A DNA stretch of 64,000 nucleotides, taken from Cyanophora paradoxa CCMP329. Taxonomy: Eukaryota > Plantae > Glaucophyta. A model generated the notes under the pieces. The model was given only the letters and a program-made list of their open reading frames with translations. It did not search any database and was not told the origin of the DNA. A program made the position numbers and the translations under genes. Shown here piece after piece: positions 1 through 13,500 of this stretch. Position 1 is the first letter of the stretch; the number at the start of each line of letters is the position of its first letter. The stretch covers positions 434,001 through 498,000 of the forward strand of contig QPMI01000416.1 of assembly GCA_004431415.1 (NCBI GenBank), read 5' to 3'.

Positions 1-1717
1 CGCTAAGCAGCCAGGGCAGCCCGCCCCGCCCCGGCCCGGGAAGAAGCAGCTCACCCCCGCCGCTCGGGGATGGGTGGGGGTGGGTTGGGGGGGGGGGGGG
101 GGGAAGGGGGGCGGGGGGGGAAGCCGGCGACGCTCGCCGCCTCGAGGGCGGCGGGCGGCCCCGCGGCGGGCCCGGCGCCTCCGGCTCCTGCGGAGGGTCG
201 GCCGTGAGGTGAGCAAGGAGGCGAGCAGGGGTACACGTACCGGCCGGCGGGGAGCTCGCCGGTGCGGCCAGCCCCGTCCCACGCGACGTGAGTCGACGCC
301 CCTCCCTTCAGTGGCAGAGAGAAGTGAGAAGTGGCAGAGAAAAAGCAAGGAGGAAACGAAAGGGGGTACCTTCGGCTAAGCGCGCACCCGCCACACTTCC
401 GGTCGACCGGGGGTACCTGTACCCCCGGTCGAGCGGGGCCGGTGGTCGATGTACCCCTCGCCTCCCTCCGCCCGCCGCCACGCCGTACCCGTCCCCGCCT
501 CCGCCTCCCGCCGCGCCGCAGCGGGGAAAGCTGCCGGCGCCGCCCCTCCTGAGCTAGAAATCAGATTTCGAGGGCGTCGACGCGAAGGAGGGGAAGGGGG
601 GGGGATGCGCGGGGGGGAGGGCAGGGAAGGGGGGTACGGTGCGCTTCGGCTAGCTATAGAGCGCGTGGTCGAACCTCGGGAAGCACCCGCGCGGCGCCCA
701 GCCGCGGCCGCTGAGCGGGGCGGCAGCTGCAGAGGCGCCATGTACCCCTCCCAGCGCGATGGACCTGGGGGGGCGGTGAGGCGCGGATCCGGGGCCTGAA
801 GAGAGGGGGGGGGGGGGGGGGGGGCCGCCTCGCCTCAGGCGACTCACCTGAGCGGCTCGGGCCGGCCGCGCGGCCGCCGGCCTCGTCTGAGCAGATGTGA
901 GCAGTCCTGGCCGAGCTTGCGGGCCACGCCGCCGCGTTGAGCTTAGAGACGCGACCCGTCCTACTAGCAAACGCGCCGCGGCGCCGGCGCCGCGCCGCCG
1001 CGGCGGGAAGTGGCCGCCGGCTGGTCAGCTCGTCAGAGATCGCGCGGGCGCCGGGCGGGGGTGTGAGAGGCGGGGTCGGAGGCCGGCACACCTGCTCGCC
1101 CGCCTCGGCGGCGCGTGCGGGGGCGCTGTCTGATCCGCCGCGTTTGAGCGGAAGCTCAAGCCCCGCCGCGCCGGCGCCTCCGCTGCGGGGCGTTGACGTC
1201 AGCGGTCGCGCGGGCGGGCGGGGGCGTGCGGGGCGGGGCCGGGGGGCAGCAGACCTGTTCGCCCGCCACGTCGGATCGGAAGCTCCGCCGCGCCGCCGCG
1301 CAGATTTGGCGGCGGCGCGTGCGGCCGTGGATCGGCGCGCGACTTGACTCGGCGGCGCGTAAGGGTAGCGGCGCTGTCTTATCCGCCGCGTCGGAACGAG
1401 CGCGCCTCCACACCGGCACCGCCGCTGCGGGACTTCGACGTCAGCGGTCGCGGGGGGGAGTCAGACGGCGCTAGCGCGGCCCAGGCGCCCATGGGAGGCG
1501 GAGGCGCGCGGCCCAGGCGCCGAGGCGGCACATCGGACGCGCCGCGGGCTTCTGACCGCCGCTTTGAGCTCACGTCTGCTGACCTGCTTTGAAGGCCTCG
1601 TCGATAAGTTCACCATCATCGCCATGGCCAAGTTGCAATTGAGGCGAGATGGCAGGCGGCGCGGCTGCTTCGCAGAAGCTGCCGCGGCTCACGCCGCTGC
1701 CGGACGAGAGACGCAGA

Positions 1718-1816
1718 CGACTCGGCGAGACTCGGGAGTCGGGACTCGGTCACTCGGGAGTCGGGACTGCAGCCGGGAGTCGGACTCGGAACTCTCGGTG
1801 ACTCGGAACTCGGGAG
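1718..1816. repeat. Short degenerate GACTCGG/GAGTCGG repeat cluster
   Basis: Repeated gactcgg, gagtcggg, cactcggg and actcgga units seen directly. Confidence 0.6.
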
Positions 1817-2092
1817 CCGCGGCCAAATCCCATGAACAGTCGGAAAGTGCATGACGTCAGCTGTAGTGGGGCATTGTGGGAGGCACTGGCCGCACTGCCT
1901 GCAGCTGCTTCGCGGGGGCTACGCGTTTCCGTGGCGGGCTACACGATCAAAGTCGCTCCCGCGAAATTTGACCGCACGACAGTTAGCGGCAGTTAGCGGC
2001 AGCTAGCCGCTCAGCATTTGTACCGTCCTTGACGCACGCACGCGCGTACACTGCGACGTGTGGTCCGCCGGCCGGCGCCGAGAAGAGTACCG

Positions 2093-5000
2093 ATGCGGCG
2101 GGCGTTCGACGAGCTCTCTGTCGGCAGCGCTGCCGGCCGCGGCGATGATACGCCGCGCCGCCTGGCACCCGCGCTGCGCGGGCAGGGCTCCGACTCCGAC
2201 CAGCCGCGGCCGGCGCAGCAGCCGCTCTGCTTGAGCATTAAGCTCATGGCGCCAGCCACGTACATCGAGCACGCTAAGGCAGTCGGGCAGCTGCCGCGGC
2301 AGTGGATCCCGCATTGGCACTCCCAGGCGGGCGTGGATTCTCCCCCGAGCTCGCTCACGTATTATTGGTGAGCGCGATCGAAGCGCTCACCGCCGCTCGG
2401 CTCGCTCCTTGTGATTGCTTCACGGCTGACGCGCTCGCATGCGCAGTTTCGAATTCCCGCTGGAGCTGCCCGCTAACGCGACGCTGGCGGCGCTCCGAGC
2501 GGGCCTCTACGAGTCCGTGGGTCGCATCATATCCGCTCCCGAGTCCCGAGTCCGCACTGTGCAAGACAGCTCCGGGTTGCGGTACACGTTCAACCCCGAT
2601 TGCGAGCCCGTTTCGGTCGACTACAACTTCTGTGTGAGGTCGTGTCCGGAAGTCCTCCTCATCGATGACGTGCTCCGCTTCCACAACCCGACCCTTGCGG
2701 AGAGGGGCATCCGCACCGGCGACACGCTCTCTTGCTCGTGCATCTGTCTCCCCCCCACCTCTTCCCCCCCCCCCTTCCACCCCCCAGCCCCGCCCCTCCC
2801 CTCCCCCCCTCCCCCCCTCCCCCCCTTCCCCTCCCCCCCACCTCTCGGCCAGCTGCGCCCTTCGCCGCTCCGACCTGCCCTGCAGTGCCTTGCCCCACCC
2901 TATCCTGCCCTGCGCTAGAACCCGGCCTGCTCATCCCCTTCTCCTCCCCTTTCCCCTGCCCCCGCTCCCGCCCCCGCTCCCGCCACTGGCCCCTGCACCT
3001 CGCCTCCTCTCCCCCTCCCCCGCCCCTCCCCTGCCCTCCCCCGCCCCCCCCCTTCCCCGCTCCCGCCCCCACCCTCCCTCCCGCTGCACCGCCCCGCCCT
3101 TATCCTGCCCTTGGCCCGCCCCGCCCTGCCCCGCCCCTCTCTTCCAGCTGCCCTAAGCCGTTCTGCCCTGCCCTGCAGTGCCTTCACCTGCCCTACCCTG
3201 CCCCCCCCCTCCCCTCCATCCCCCGTCTCTCCCCGTCCCCCCTCCCTCCCCCCCCCCCCCAACCCCGGTCCGACCCAGCCTGGCCCAACCCTGCTGGGAT
3301 AATCTGTACTTAGACCGTACTTAGACCAGACCCCGCCCTGCTCATCCCCGCCCCCCCTCCCCCCCTCTCCCCTTACTCCTGCCCCCTGCCCCTCCCCCAC
3401 CCCCGCCCTGCTCCCTTCCCCTCCCCTCCGCTCGCCCCCCCCCCACCCCCCCCCTTCCCCTCCCACCCCCCTTTTCCCCTCCCCTAAACCCGGTCCGGCC
3501 CAGCCTGGGCCGGATAATCTGTTCTGAGCTCGTCATCCCGTTTGCCCACTTCCTTCCCCCTCCCCTCCTTCCCGATCCCCTCACCGCACCCATCCTCGCA
3601 CCGCTCTGCCCTGCCCTGCTCCCCTGCCCTGCACTAAGTCCCCCATCCCCCCCCCTTCCCGCTCCCTGCCCCCCCCCTCCTCCCCCCCCTCTGCCTCCCC
3701 CAGCCATTTACGCCCATCCCACCCGCCCGTCCTGCCATTCCTCTGCCAGTTGCTCGCCTTTTCCTTCTCTCCGCTTCCCAATGTTCCCATGGCACTCTCC
3801 TCGTCATTTCGTCAAGTCTTTTTTTGAAAACATCGCGCGCAGTTTGGATGTCGAGACACTGGACTACACCATGCAATTCCATACGGGAGGCTCTGATGAT
3901 CACCCGGCACCTCTGGGACTGGCCGGCATGGTACATAATTTCAAATCAGCTTTAATTCCGTTGACGTTGTTTCTGATTTCCATCGCATACAGTCGTACCG
4001 TGACCATACCCACAAAAAAGCTGCGAGTTTCAGACAGAAGCGCCTGCTCGACCTCACTCGCGCCGTTCAAGCTTCGTCTGAAGCAACCCGAGCAGCCGAG
4101 GTCAAGCCGATTCCTCTCTAGCTTTATTATCGCTTATTCTTCTTAAGCTTTATATTATTGTTATCGCCTATTCTTCTTCAGCTTCATTATCGACTACCGT
4201 TCCTCTCTGACGAGATTCGTGCAGCTTGAGATCGCCTTGAAACTGGCGGTCAGGAATGGTGACGCGTTCAGTTCTCTCTGTTTTCTCCATTTTGGCGCCG
4301 AGTACTCTTTTGGAGTACGTGCTGGATCTATGATGTGTCTCAAACTTGTGTTTCTGGGATTTATTCTGGCTCTTGCAGGCTGACAACGGGCCGCTGAGCC
4401 TTGATTATCTCTTGGGGTGCGTACGCGCCATGAATCACATGAAGAACGACCGCATGTTTTTGCCCGTCGAGTTCCTCAACGAGTACGTGAATCGTTGCTA
4501 TTCTTATAGCATGCCGATATGATTGCACATTCTTACAGAGAACTTGCGCAGCTTTCTCTTCTGTATCTCGAATTCTTTCTCGGGATTGAGGGGGCGGTTT
4601 TCGTTCGAACGCGAGTTGCCAGACGAAGATCCGAGCCTGGACGTGCACGCTCTTTATGTATGCGCATTCAATCTTTGTCGATTGCGATCGCGGCGATGCA
4701 CACGAACATGCAGCTGACAATGACATGATTGCGTGCGGCAGGATCTTGCCTTCAACAACCAACGTCGTGTCGTCGACTTTATTCTCGACTTCGTTCAGTG
4801 CCTCCGTGCGCCATTAATATTTATATCCCGCCGGCCGTGGGCCTACGCGCTGCTTCTTGTCTGATTCCGCTTATGCAGCCGAGGGGTGGAAATCCAGCGA
4901 AATCGAGTTCTGCAACATCATCTCGGCTTGCGAGGTCCCGGTTGGACGAGCCATCATGCATGAGTCCGTGTCGGCAGGCATCCCGATCCCGCCGGAGGTC

Positions 5001-8000
5001 CTGGCCTACATTTGCTTCGCGAGGATCCCAGACGCCTACGCCGGCTATAACGGTGCGCGTAAATTTAGCTCAGCCCAATCGGGCAATTAAATTAATCCCA
5101 TGGACAGCGGACATTCCCCAGGGCCGCGGTGTAATGTTTTCGAGAGAGGTTCGAGCCGCGCGCCTTAAAACTTCGATTCAGGATTTGGCTCCTCTTACGA
5201 TCCAGATTGCAGGCTCGTGCAAGCGTATTACCTCAGCTTGCGGCGCTAGGGGAGCAAGCAAGCCTGTCCGTCATTGAGGCCCTTAAGGTCCGTCATTGAA
5301 TATAAGTCTCTTGCTGATGATGCTATCTAACGTTCACTGCATTCATAGTACTGTTGCGAGCACGGGCGCGGTCTCCATGATGTGGATTTTGGGCTCCTAC
5401 ACGAAGTTCTGCACTCCATCCCCACAGACAATCCAGCGTTGGGAGAGGCCTCTCTCCAAGCCGCCGTGAACTTCTTTCGCGCAGCACGTGGAGCCCCAGA
5501 AGGCGACATCCTCATGATGCGTTGGAAACGTGCGATGACTGAAACCATCGTGAACTGTCACGCTGCTGTGGCGGCGAGCGCCCAAACGTGGATTCAACGG
5601 GTTCAACCTCATCAATCGAGATTGAAAGCCGCCTTTTCGGAGCTCATTGAAGAGCTGTGCAAAGCCGCCGGAAGCAGCGACGAATCGCATGCGATCAACG
5701 CCGTCGCCGTGATCAAGTGCTTTATCGACTCTTATATCAGAGCCGATTCTTCTAGTAGCTTGAACATTGCAGCGTCAATTGTTGAGCGCACGCTCGAATC
5801 CTTTTTTAAGAGATTTCTCAACGATTGTAAGGCTCGGCAGAATATCCTTGGTGATGATATCGATGCTTCCCGGCAGCCAGAATTCAGATACCCACGTCAA
5901 TCGAGGAGTATTTTTTGGCTAGAGCCCTCTCCAACTTCTTTCGATTCAGCCTCTCGTATTCTGCACATCTTTTCCCCTCCGAGTAGCGAGATTTTCCTCA
6001 AAGCAGCTCGCCGACTCGTACCTGTTTTGGTTACAAGTTCACATCTAGATTCTAATTTTATCATAACTGTGTGTTATGGCTTGCGAGGCCTGATCGGCGA
6101 CCTCGAAACCGTTCTGGCTTCAAATATCCATCAGGTGCGGAAAGTCATTGGAAGTATGATTGCATGATTATGTGTGTAACTCGCGCTGGCAGCTGCAGAT
6201 CGTTTTCCAGTCGCCACCGGCATTCGTTCGATTTTACAAGGACTCTTTGCAGACCCTATCGACGCTCACAGAGCTGGGAAGTGCCATCAGTTCGATAAGC
6301 GACCATGATATTTTCGCTGCAAGTCAGAGCAATTTTGAGAGCGCGTGGCCGGTGCGTGCCTTCGCTTGTGCTTGGGCAGAACGTAATGCGATAGCGAAAT
6401 AATTGCTGCTTGCGCAGAACGTCAAGAGTCTGGTGGATGCACCCATTGTCGAAGATGAATTCGACAGATTGTCGGAAATCGGCTTCAATCATTCGAATCT
6501 AAAGCTATTCGTTCCCCACGACACGTCCCTGATTGTCAAGAGCTCGTGCGTGGCTGCAAATGCATGCCCATCTGCGAAGTTTGCTTAAGAGCTTATTATT
6601 ATGAGTCCGTTCTGGCAGAATCGATCAGCTGGAGCTTATCTATCACGGGAAATTCCCGTGGAGAACCGACCCCGACCACATTGATCAAGGAGGCTTCCAG
6701 GTTCTTCTGGAAGCAATCTAGGTCTCTAGCTGAATCTGCTGCATCTTGATCTCTGCACGCAGGTTAGATTCCAGTCTGCAGCAGAGGACGCTCGTGGGGA
6801 TCCGAGAGCCGAGGAGGGCTTCGGAATCGGCCTGACGAGAGCCTACTTCTCCTTGCTAGCAGCGGCACTGGTTGCTGATAAGGACAGCACTCCCGCCGGG
6901 CCTGAACGTCCGGAGAAGCTATTCAAAGAGAAGGACTACTTGGAGGACGGAGGGCGGGTCTACTGGCTTACAGATCGCCCCGTCCCTCTCGAGTGCGCCC
7001 CTCAATCGTGAATTCTCTGCCGATTGTAATCGCTCGCTGTGCTGCAGGATTCTTGGGCTCTGCGGCTGGGCCATGGGCATCGCTCTATCGATATCGATAT
7101 CGACGAATCATCCATGCAACTTTCCTTTGTCGTTGCCTGTTGCTTTTTACTCGCTTCTACTCAAGAACATCGACCAAATCGATCCTGACTTCGCGCTGGC
7201 GCTCCTGAAAGAGGCCGACCCTGTCTTGGCGAAAAACCTCGAGGTCCGCGCGCACTTTGATTATATTGATTATATTGACTTGCTGACGCGAAGCTGGCCA
7301 CACGTGCACGCAGAAAGCAGACGAAGAGGGCAGTGGCGTCGTCTTCGAGTACACGGGCGTCGACGGAACCGAGCTCGAGCTAGTGCCTGGAGGATCCCAG
7401 ATTCCCGTCACGGCTGAAAACAAGGACCAGTTCATGAAGCTTTACGCTAAAGCACACTTCGAGACGTCGAAGCTGCTCGAGAAGGTGCGCTCAAAACGTT
7501 TGATCAGCTACAGCATTTCCCTGGTGCGCGCTCTAATTCCTTGCCAGATGAAGCACATTCGTGAGGCGTTCTACGCTGCTGCCGTCACGTTTGCACGCAG
7601 CAGGGCAAACGTCACTCCCGACGAGTTCAAGCGGAAGATCGAGGGCGAGACGTAAGCGCGGCTCTGAACCGTATCATACAGAAACGTCAATTTACGCCGT
7701 GCAATCTAGGAGAATCGACGTCGACGACATTCGTGATGCGACGACGTACGAAGAGGGAAGCTACCCCAAAACCTCAGACCAGGTGCGATCGATATCAGTG
7801 GAATCACCAACTTTATCAACCGCCGGCTATCTTGCCCGCCAAGTCATGTCTCGCGTCTAAAATTTCATGCAGATGCGCTGGCTTTTTGAGTACCTCGAAA
7901 CCGCGAGCCAAGACGAGCTCGCGAAATTCTTACAGTTCACGACTGGCACCCCGCGCGCGCCCACTGGAGGCTTCGCTTCATCGACAAGTGCGCTTTTCAT

Positions 8001-8281
8001 CCAAAACGAAAAGACTTTGTGCAGTCCGTTTGTTTCGTGCCTGAGGTTCTGCAGAGCGGTTCAAGTTCAAGAGGTTCGAGGGAGCAAGCGATAACCGCTT
8101 CCCAACCGCCAGGACGTGCTTTTATGTGGTGACCTCCCCTCTCCCGCGGATGCTCTCTTTTGGCTTGTCGATCTCAACTGAGGCCGCCCCGGTTGCAGTG
8201 TTATTTAGTAAAGAGCGGCTCGTCGCGAAACTGCAGGAGGCTGTCGAGTGTATCGGATTCGACAAGGAAAACTTCGAGTAG
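2093..8281 (+). CDS. HECT-type E3 ubiquitin ligase with N-terminal ubiquitin-like domain (multi-exon)
   Basis: Exon translations give a ubiquitin-like signature (FEFPLELPANATLAALRAGL...TLAERGIRTGDTL, 2446-2735). HECT motifs follow: EEGFGIGLTRAYF, ELVPGGSQIPVTAENKDQF, IDVDDIRDATTY, FLQFTTGTPRAPTGGF, catalytic FPTARTCF (~8099-8122) and SKERLVAKLQEAV...GF, with stop TAG at 8279-8281. Linking the UBL exons to the HECT exons across the 1 kb C-rich intron is inferred. Confidence 0.8.
2745..3745 (+). repeat. Poly-C/pyrimidine-rich low-complexity intron
   Basis: Long C runs with internally repeated segments (ctgccctgcagtgcctt twice; aacccggtcc...cccagcctgg...gataatctgt twice). Confidence 0.75.
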
Positions 8282-8799
8282 GAATTCAGACTGTCGGATT
8301 TCATTGTTAGTCTGGACTTTGATAGCTATTGAACATCGCATCGCAGCAGATTTACAGATTACATCGCAGCAAACAGTGAATTGTACTGATCAGCTATATA
8401 TTCCTGAGAATGATCAGGCGATTTCGAACGTAGAATGCGGACAATTTAGAGTACAGTCAGTGGTCATGACCACGATGAGTAGACTTTTCACTGCAAGTCG
8501 ATGATGCAATATTAATTGCGTTTGATTGCATAGCGCAGTTTTGTCGATCCACGCATAATTTCCGCGCAGTATTGCATAGCGCGCATTACAGTTAATGTAC
8601 ATGTACATAAATAGCCTGATCATGAGCCACTAGGCTAGTCGCAGCGCATAATTCGCAGTGCACCAGTCAACTGCCAGATGTAGACCGCCGGACTAGGAAG
8701 GTAGAACTTTTTCGGAATAGAAATAGATCGAGCAGAGTAGAGCGCATGTTCAATCTTGAACGATTAGCAGAGTAGTATAAATGAAGGGCGAGTGAAACG

Positions 8800-9872
8800 A
8801 GGGTGGGCGAGTGAATTCGAAGCTCAAGTCAAGGGCCAAAAGAGGAGGCGGGCAGGAGGCGGCCGTCCGGGCTGGACCATGGCCATGCGCATGCGGGCCC
8901 ACGCAGGGGGCCGGGGGGCTGGCTATGGCCATGGGGAATTTGAAGCCCGGGTCCGGCCCGGGCCCGGACGGGGAGGAAGGGGGTGGATCGGAGGCGGGGA
9001 GGGGCCGGGGCGGGGGAGTGGCGAGGGGCCGGGGCGGGGAGCGGGGGAGGGGGGGGGGGGGGGGGAGGGGAAGCAGCACCGGCCCGCAGATCTAGAGGGG
9101 GACCGCGCGGGCCCGTACCGGGGAGGGGGGGGGGGGGGGGGGGAGGGAGGAGGGAGGCCCGAGGGGGGGGGGGGGGGCGGAGGGGGGGGGGGATGCAGCG
9201 CCGGCTCCGGGACCGGCCGCGCGGCCCGTGGACCGGCCAGGGCCGGCGAGGGGGCGGGCAGGGCGCGGCGGTACCGGTGTTCGGCTGCGGCGGCCTGGCA
9301 GGGCTGGGGGCGGGGCCTGCGCCTCACGCCGGGTGCTCTCCTACAAGGGACGCCCAGAAGCACTCCTCGGAAGAGAACGAGCCAGCGGGCTCCAGCGCAA
9401 GCAGCCAGCTGCAGGGGAGCCAGGGCCCGCCCCGCGGCGGGGCCCGCCCCGCCTCGCCACTGGGCAGGATCCCGGATCCGGAAGAAGGGGCTCGCGATCG
9501 TCTACTCCAATCCGGCGGGTGGGGCGGAAGCCGGCGGCGCGCACCGTCGCGGCCCGGGGCGCCGGGGCCCCCGCGCCGAGTCGCCAGCTGCAGGCGGGGT
9601 CCCCGGCGCCCCTGGCGCCCGCGGGGGGCCCCGGGGCCCCCGGCGAACGCGGAAGGAGGAAGGAGGCGAATTGGGGTACAGGTACCGGCTAGGGGTACCA
9701 GCGGGTGCAGTGAAGGCGGAGATCTAGAGAGGTGAGGGAAGGGCGGGTGCGGTAGGGGGGCGGGGGGTAGAGGGCAGGGGGCCCGCCATTCCGGCAGCAG
9801 GGGGACGTCGAAGGAGATCAAGCAGCCGGCTTGCCCCCTCCCTGCAGGGCCGCGCGCGGGGCGATGGCACAA
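8800..9872 (-). other. Possible uncharacterised intron-containing gene or gene remnant
   Basis: The minus strand has C-rich intron-like tracts, GTACCCC motifs and AG-bounded peptide-like segments (IGVDDREPLLPDPGSC; WLLALEPAGSFSSEECFWASL). No recognisable domain. Confidence 0.25.
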
Positions 9873-10549
9873 TATAACTAGTGATGTAAATACACACTCA
9901 TAGACTAAGGCTTCGGTTTCGTGGCTGTTTACAGCTAAGGGGACCGCACGCGTCTACCACTAGCTCTCCGCGTCGAGCCTCTATTATGGGAAACTTGAAA
10001 TCGGCTGCGATTATTCGAAATCGTCAAGCCAACTTTGGAAATGGATCATATGAACTTTTTAGGATTGAAGCCGTGTGGTTGAAAATATAAACGAATGTAT
10101 AGAGTGCCTTCGTCCGTTCACTAGGTCCACAATACCGATCCAAAATATGAAACTACTAGCTACATAGAGTGTATATAGGCTAGCGAGAATCATGATGGTC
10201 CATGCGTAAGAATTTCAGACCCTATGGCATACTACGGCACTAGAAGGTCAAGCGGCAGAGGCCGCACGGTAACACTAACCGCCACGGAACAGGGAAAAAG
10301 GATTGAATTCGGCACGCGCGTGCATACTTGATGCACGCGCGCGCGAAAAACTTGAAAAGACTAAAACTGGCACACGGAAGCTCATGATCAATATACGCCG
10401 ACGGCGCAGGCCGTGCTCGCGCTCGCGCCCGCCCACGCGCTCCCGCTCGCGCTCGCCGCGGTTTCCTCAGTAGGACCCAACCGCGCGCTCGACTTTCAGA
10501 CGAATGTTCTCCTCCGAGATCCTGCAAGTCTCGATTATGAGCTCGCGCA

Positions 10550-13500
10550 TTACAAAATAAGCTTAGATTGAACATTCTTGAGAACGTCCTCCCACAAACC
10601 CCCTGTTCTCGAGGCTTCAGTTCTAGATCTAGCTTAGACACTTGACCTTTTCGTCAAATCAAATCTAATCGGCTTAGAGAGCAATGTCGATCCTATCGAA
10701 TCGAATCTTATGCAAGCTCTTATCGAATTCCGAATCAAATAAACTAGGCTCGCGCACTTTACGAACTCCTTCTTGAGGCGAGCGAGCGCGTCGTCCTTCT
10801 CTTGGAGCTGCGGCGGGGCGGGAGCGGGGCGGCTCAGAGGCGGAAGGGGGGCGAGAGGGCCGGGCCCAGGGGGAGGGGGGGGGGGGGGAAGGGGGGGGGC
10901 GGAGCTAAGAGGCGGGAGGGAGAGGGGGGTGGGGAAGAACGGCGGGGGCGGAGCCCCAGAGCGGCTTAAGGGGCGCGGGAAGGCAGAGAGGGGCGATTCG
11001 AATCCCAACATCCCAACGGCCATCGATTGGATGGCGGCGGAGTTCTGATGGATTCTAATACATTAGACGGCGGCTGCGGCGGCACATCCCCAACATCCCA
11101 ACGGCTAATATTTCTAGTTCTAGTTCTATCGGATTCTAGTATCTAGTTCTGATGGGATCTGATTTCAACGACGGGGGCACCTGCTTGGCGAGGCGCTCGA
11201 CGGTCGCCTCGGCGGCGGCGGTGCGCTGCTGCGCAGCCTCCAGCGCCAGCTGCAGCTCGGCCATCCTGTGCGGGGGAGGAGGTCAGGCCTGGGCGGCCGG
11301 GGCGGGGCGGGGCGGGGCGGGCGGGGCGGGGCGGGCGGGGCGGGGCGGGCGGGGGGGCGGGGCGGGCGGGGCGGGGCGGGCGGGCGGGGCGGGGCGGGGC
11401 GGGCGGGGCGGGGCGGGCGAGGCGGGCGGGGCGGGGCGGGGCGGGGCGAGGCGAGGTGGAGGAGGAGGCGGGCGTGTGTGTGGGGATGGGTGGAATGTGG
11501 AGGAGGGCAGGCCCGGGAAGGAAGGAAGGGAGGGAGGAAGGAACCGCCGGCAAGCCGGGCGGGCGGAGGGCCGGGAAGCCAGTCGGGCGGGCGGGCGGGC
11601 GCACCGGCGGACGGTGGCGTCCTCGGCGCGGTAGGGCATGATGGCGCCCGGCTCGACAGGCATACCCCCGGCCGCGGCCGCCGCGGCCGCCGCCGCCGCT
11701 GCTGTGCTGGCGGGGCTGTCGGACCGCAGGTCGGCGCCGGGCGTGCCCCGCCGCCCGGGGGAGTGCGATCGCGGCGGTCGCCACGTGGACGGCCGAGGAG
11801 GAGGAGGCGCGGCCGGGCGCGCCGCCGCAGCCGTCGATCTCGCCGGCGATGGACGCGAGGAGCGAGTCGGCGCGGGCGGCGGCGGCCAGCATCGAGCCGC
11901 CCGGCAGCGGCGTCCGCGCGGGCGGGGACCGCGAGGAGGCTGAGCCGTCTGAGCGCGCTGCGGCGGGCAGGGCGAGCCGAATGGAGACCTGCAGCCCCCC
12001 CGAGAAGCTCAGGACGCGCCCAGGGCCACCCGGGACCAGCCCTGCCGCACGACCGACAAGTGAGAAAGAGAGAAAGAATGAGATTTGATCTCGCGGGTTT
12101 AATCACGTACCCTCGGCGAGGCGGCGGGCGTCCGAGGCGCGCTCGAAGCGCGCCGAGCCGGCCCGCATCGAGTGGACCGTCACCGACCGAAGCGCGCCGT
12201 ACCTGCGCCGCCCCGCGCCCCGCCACGCCGCGTCAGCGGGGCAGCAAGGCGGAGTGTATGTCTAGGCCGCGAGTTCGTGGGTTGGTTCTAGGCCCTAACT
12301 CTAGTTCTAGGTCCTCCTCCTCCTGGTTCTAGGCTCGAGGGGCGGTGCGGTGCGGTGCGGGGCGGGGCGCACGGGCAGAGCAGGTCGCGGATCCAGCGGT
12401 CGGGGTCCGGCACGACGAGCCCCCCCGCCGGCTCCCCCAGCAGCTCCAGCACGAACTGCGCGGCGGGGCAGGCGTTGGCCGAGACGGAGAGGCGAAGGGT
12501 CCAGATGATCCATTCAGCCCCAGCGCGGGCCAGCGCGCATCCGCCTCCTATCGCGGGCGAGGGAGGGGTACCGGGCACCTCGGGGGGGTCCCGCTCGAAG
12601 TTCTTCCACGCGGGGCTCCGGCTGCGGCTCCGGCTGCGCGCGCGCTTGCGGTCCGGCGAGTCCTGCGCGCGTACAGCGGCGCAGCCGGCGTCAGTTTACG
12701 TGCGGACCGAAGCTCTAGAAGCCTTTCAACTCGCTTAAGAGGCGGTGCAATCGTTCCAATCTAATCTCTAGCGGCGGCGGCGGCGGCGCATCCGCGGGCG
12801 CGGCGGGCGTCGATCTATGCATGTGTCGAATTCCTCTGAAGAGGCTTCATATCGTTGGTAAGACTTCTTGGATCGGGCCGGGGCGCAAAGAGGCCGGCGG
12901 CTGAGGAATGTTTCGAGTTTCTATGCACTTCCTTATCCACCTTTTCGAAGCTCTAATTTAACGAAAGCTCGGCTATAAGAAGCAGCTGCCTCTTCCGCGG
13001 CGCGAGCCTCGCTTCCTAAGCCCGAATTCGAGCGGGATTTAAATCAGGAAGCCCCGGCTCGTGCGGGTTTCTTATTTCGCGCGATTACGTCTGCTGGAGA
13101 GCCGCAGCCTCTAATTTGCTGCGGCGCGATCGCTCCCCGCGAACGCTCCTCCCTTATGGTTTGAGGCCCATGAGCGCCCACTGACCTCACTGGAGCGACG
13201 CGAGCGAGAGGGGGAGCGGGAGCGCCTCCTCCCCTGCGAACGAAGTCAGTCACTCGGTACCCGGCCGGACGCGGCGGCTGCGGCGAAAAGAAACGGGATC
13301 AAAAGTCGGGATCGATCACCTTGGACGGCGAGTGGGAGCGGGAGGAGAGGGGCGGCGAGTCCGAGCGCCGCTTGACGGGGCGCGCCGGGAGCGCAAGGAG
13401 GGCCTGCGGGGCCGCTGCCTGGCTCTGGGGGTGGCCCGGCGGGTGGCCCGGCGGGCACGGGCCGAGCAGGCCCTGCAAATCAAGCGGGCCGGGCCCCGTC

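Noticed and set aside
51-1600. Many short Arg/Gly/Pro-rich ORFs
   Set aside because: These are expected in very GC-rich DNA, with no domain or coherent exon structure.
9879-10242. Possible MITE (TAGTGATGTA ... TACGGCACTA) around an AT-rich stretch
   Set aside because: The terminal match is only partial and there is no target-site duplication.
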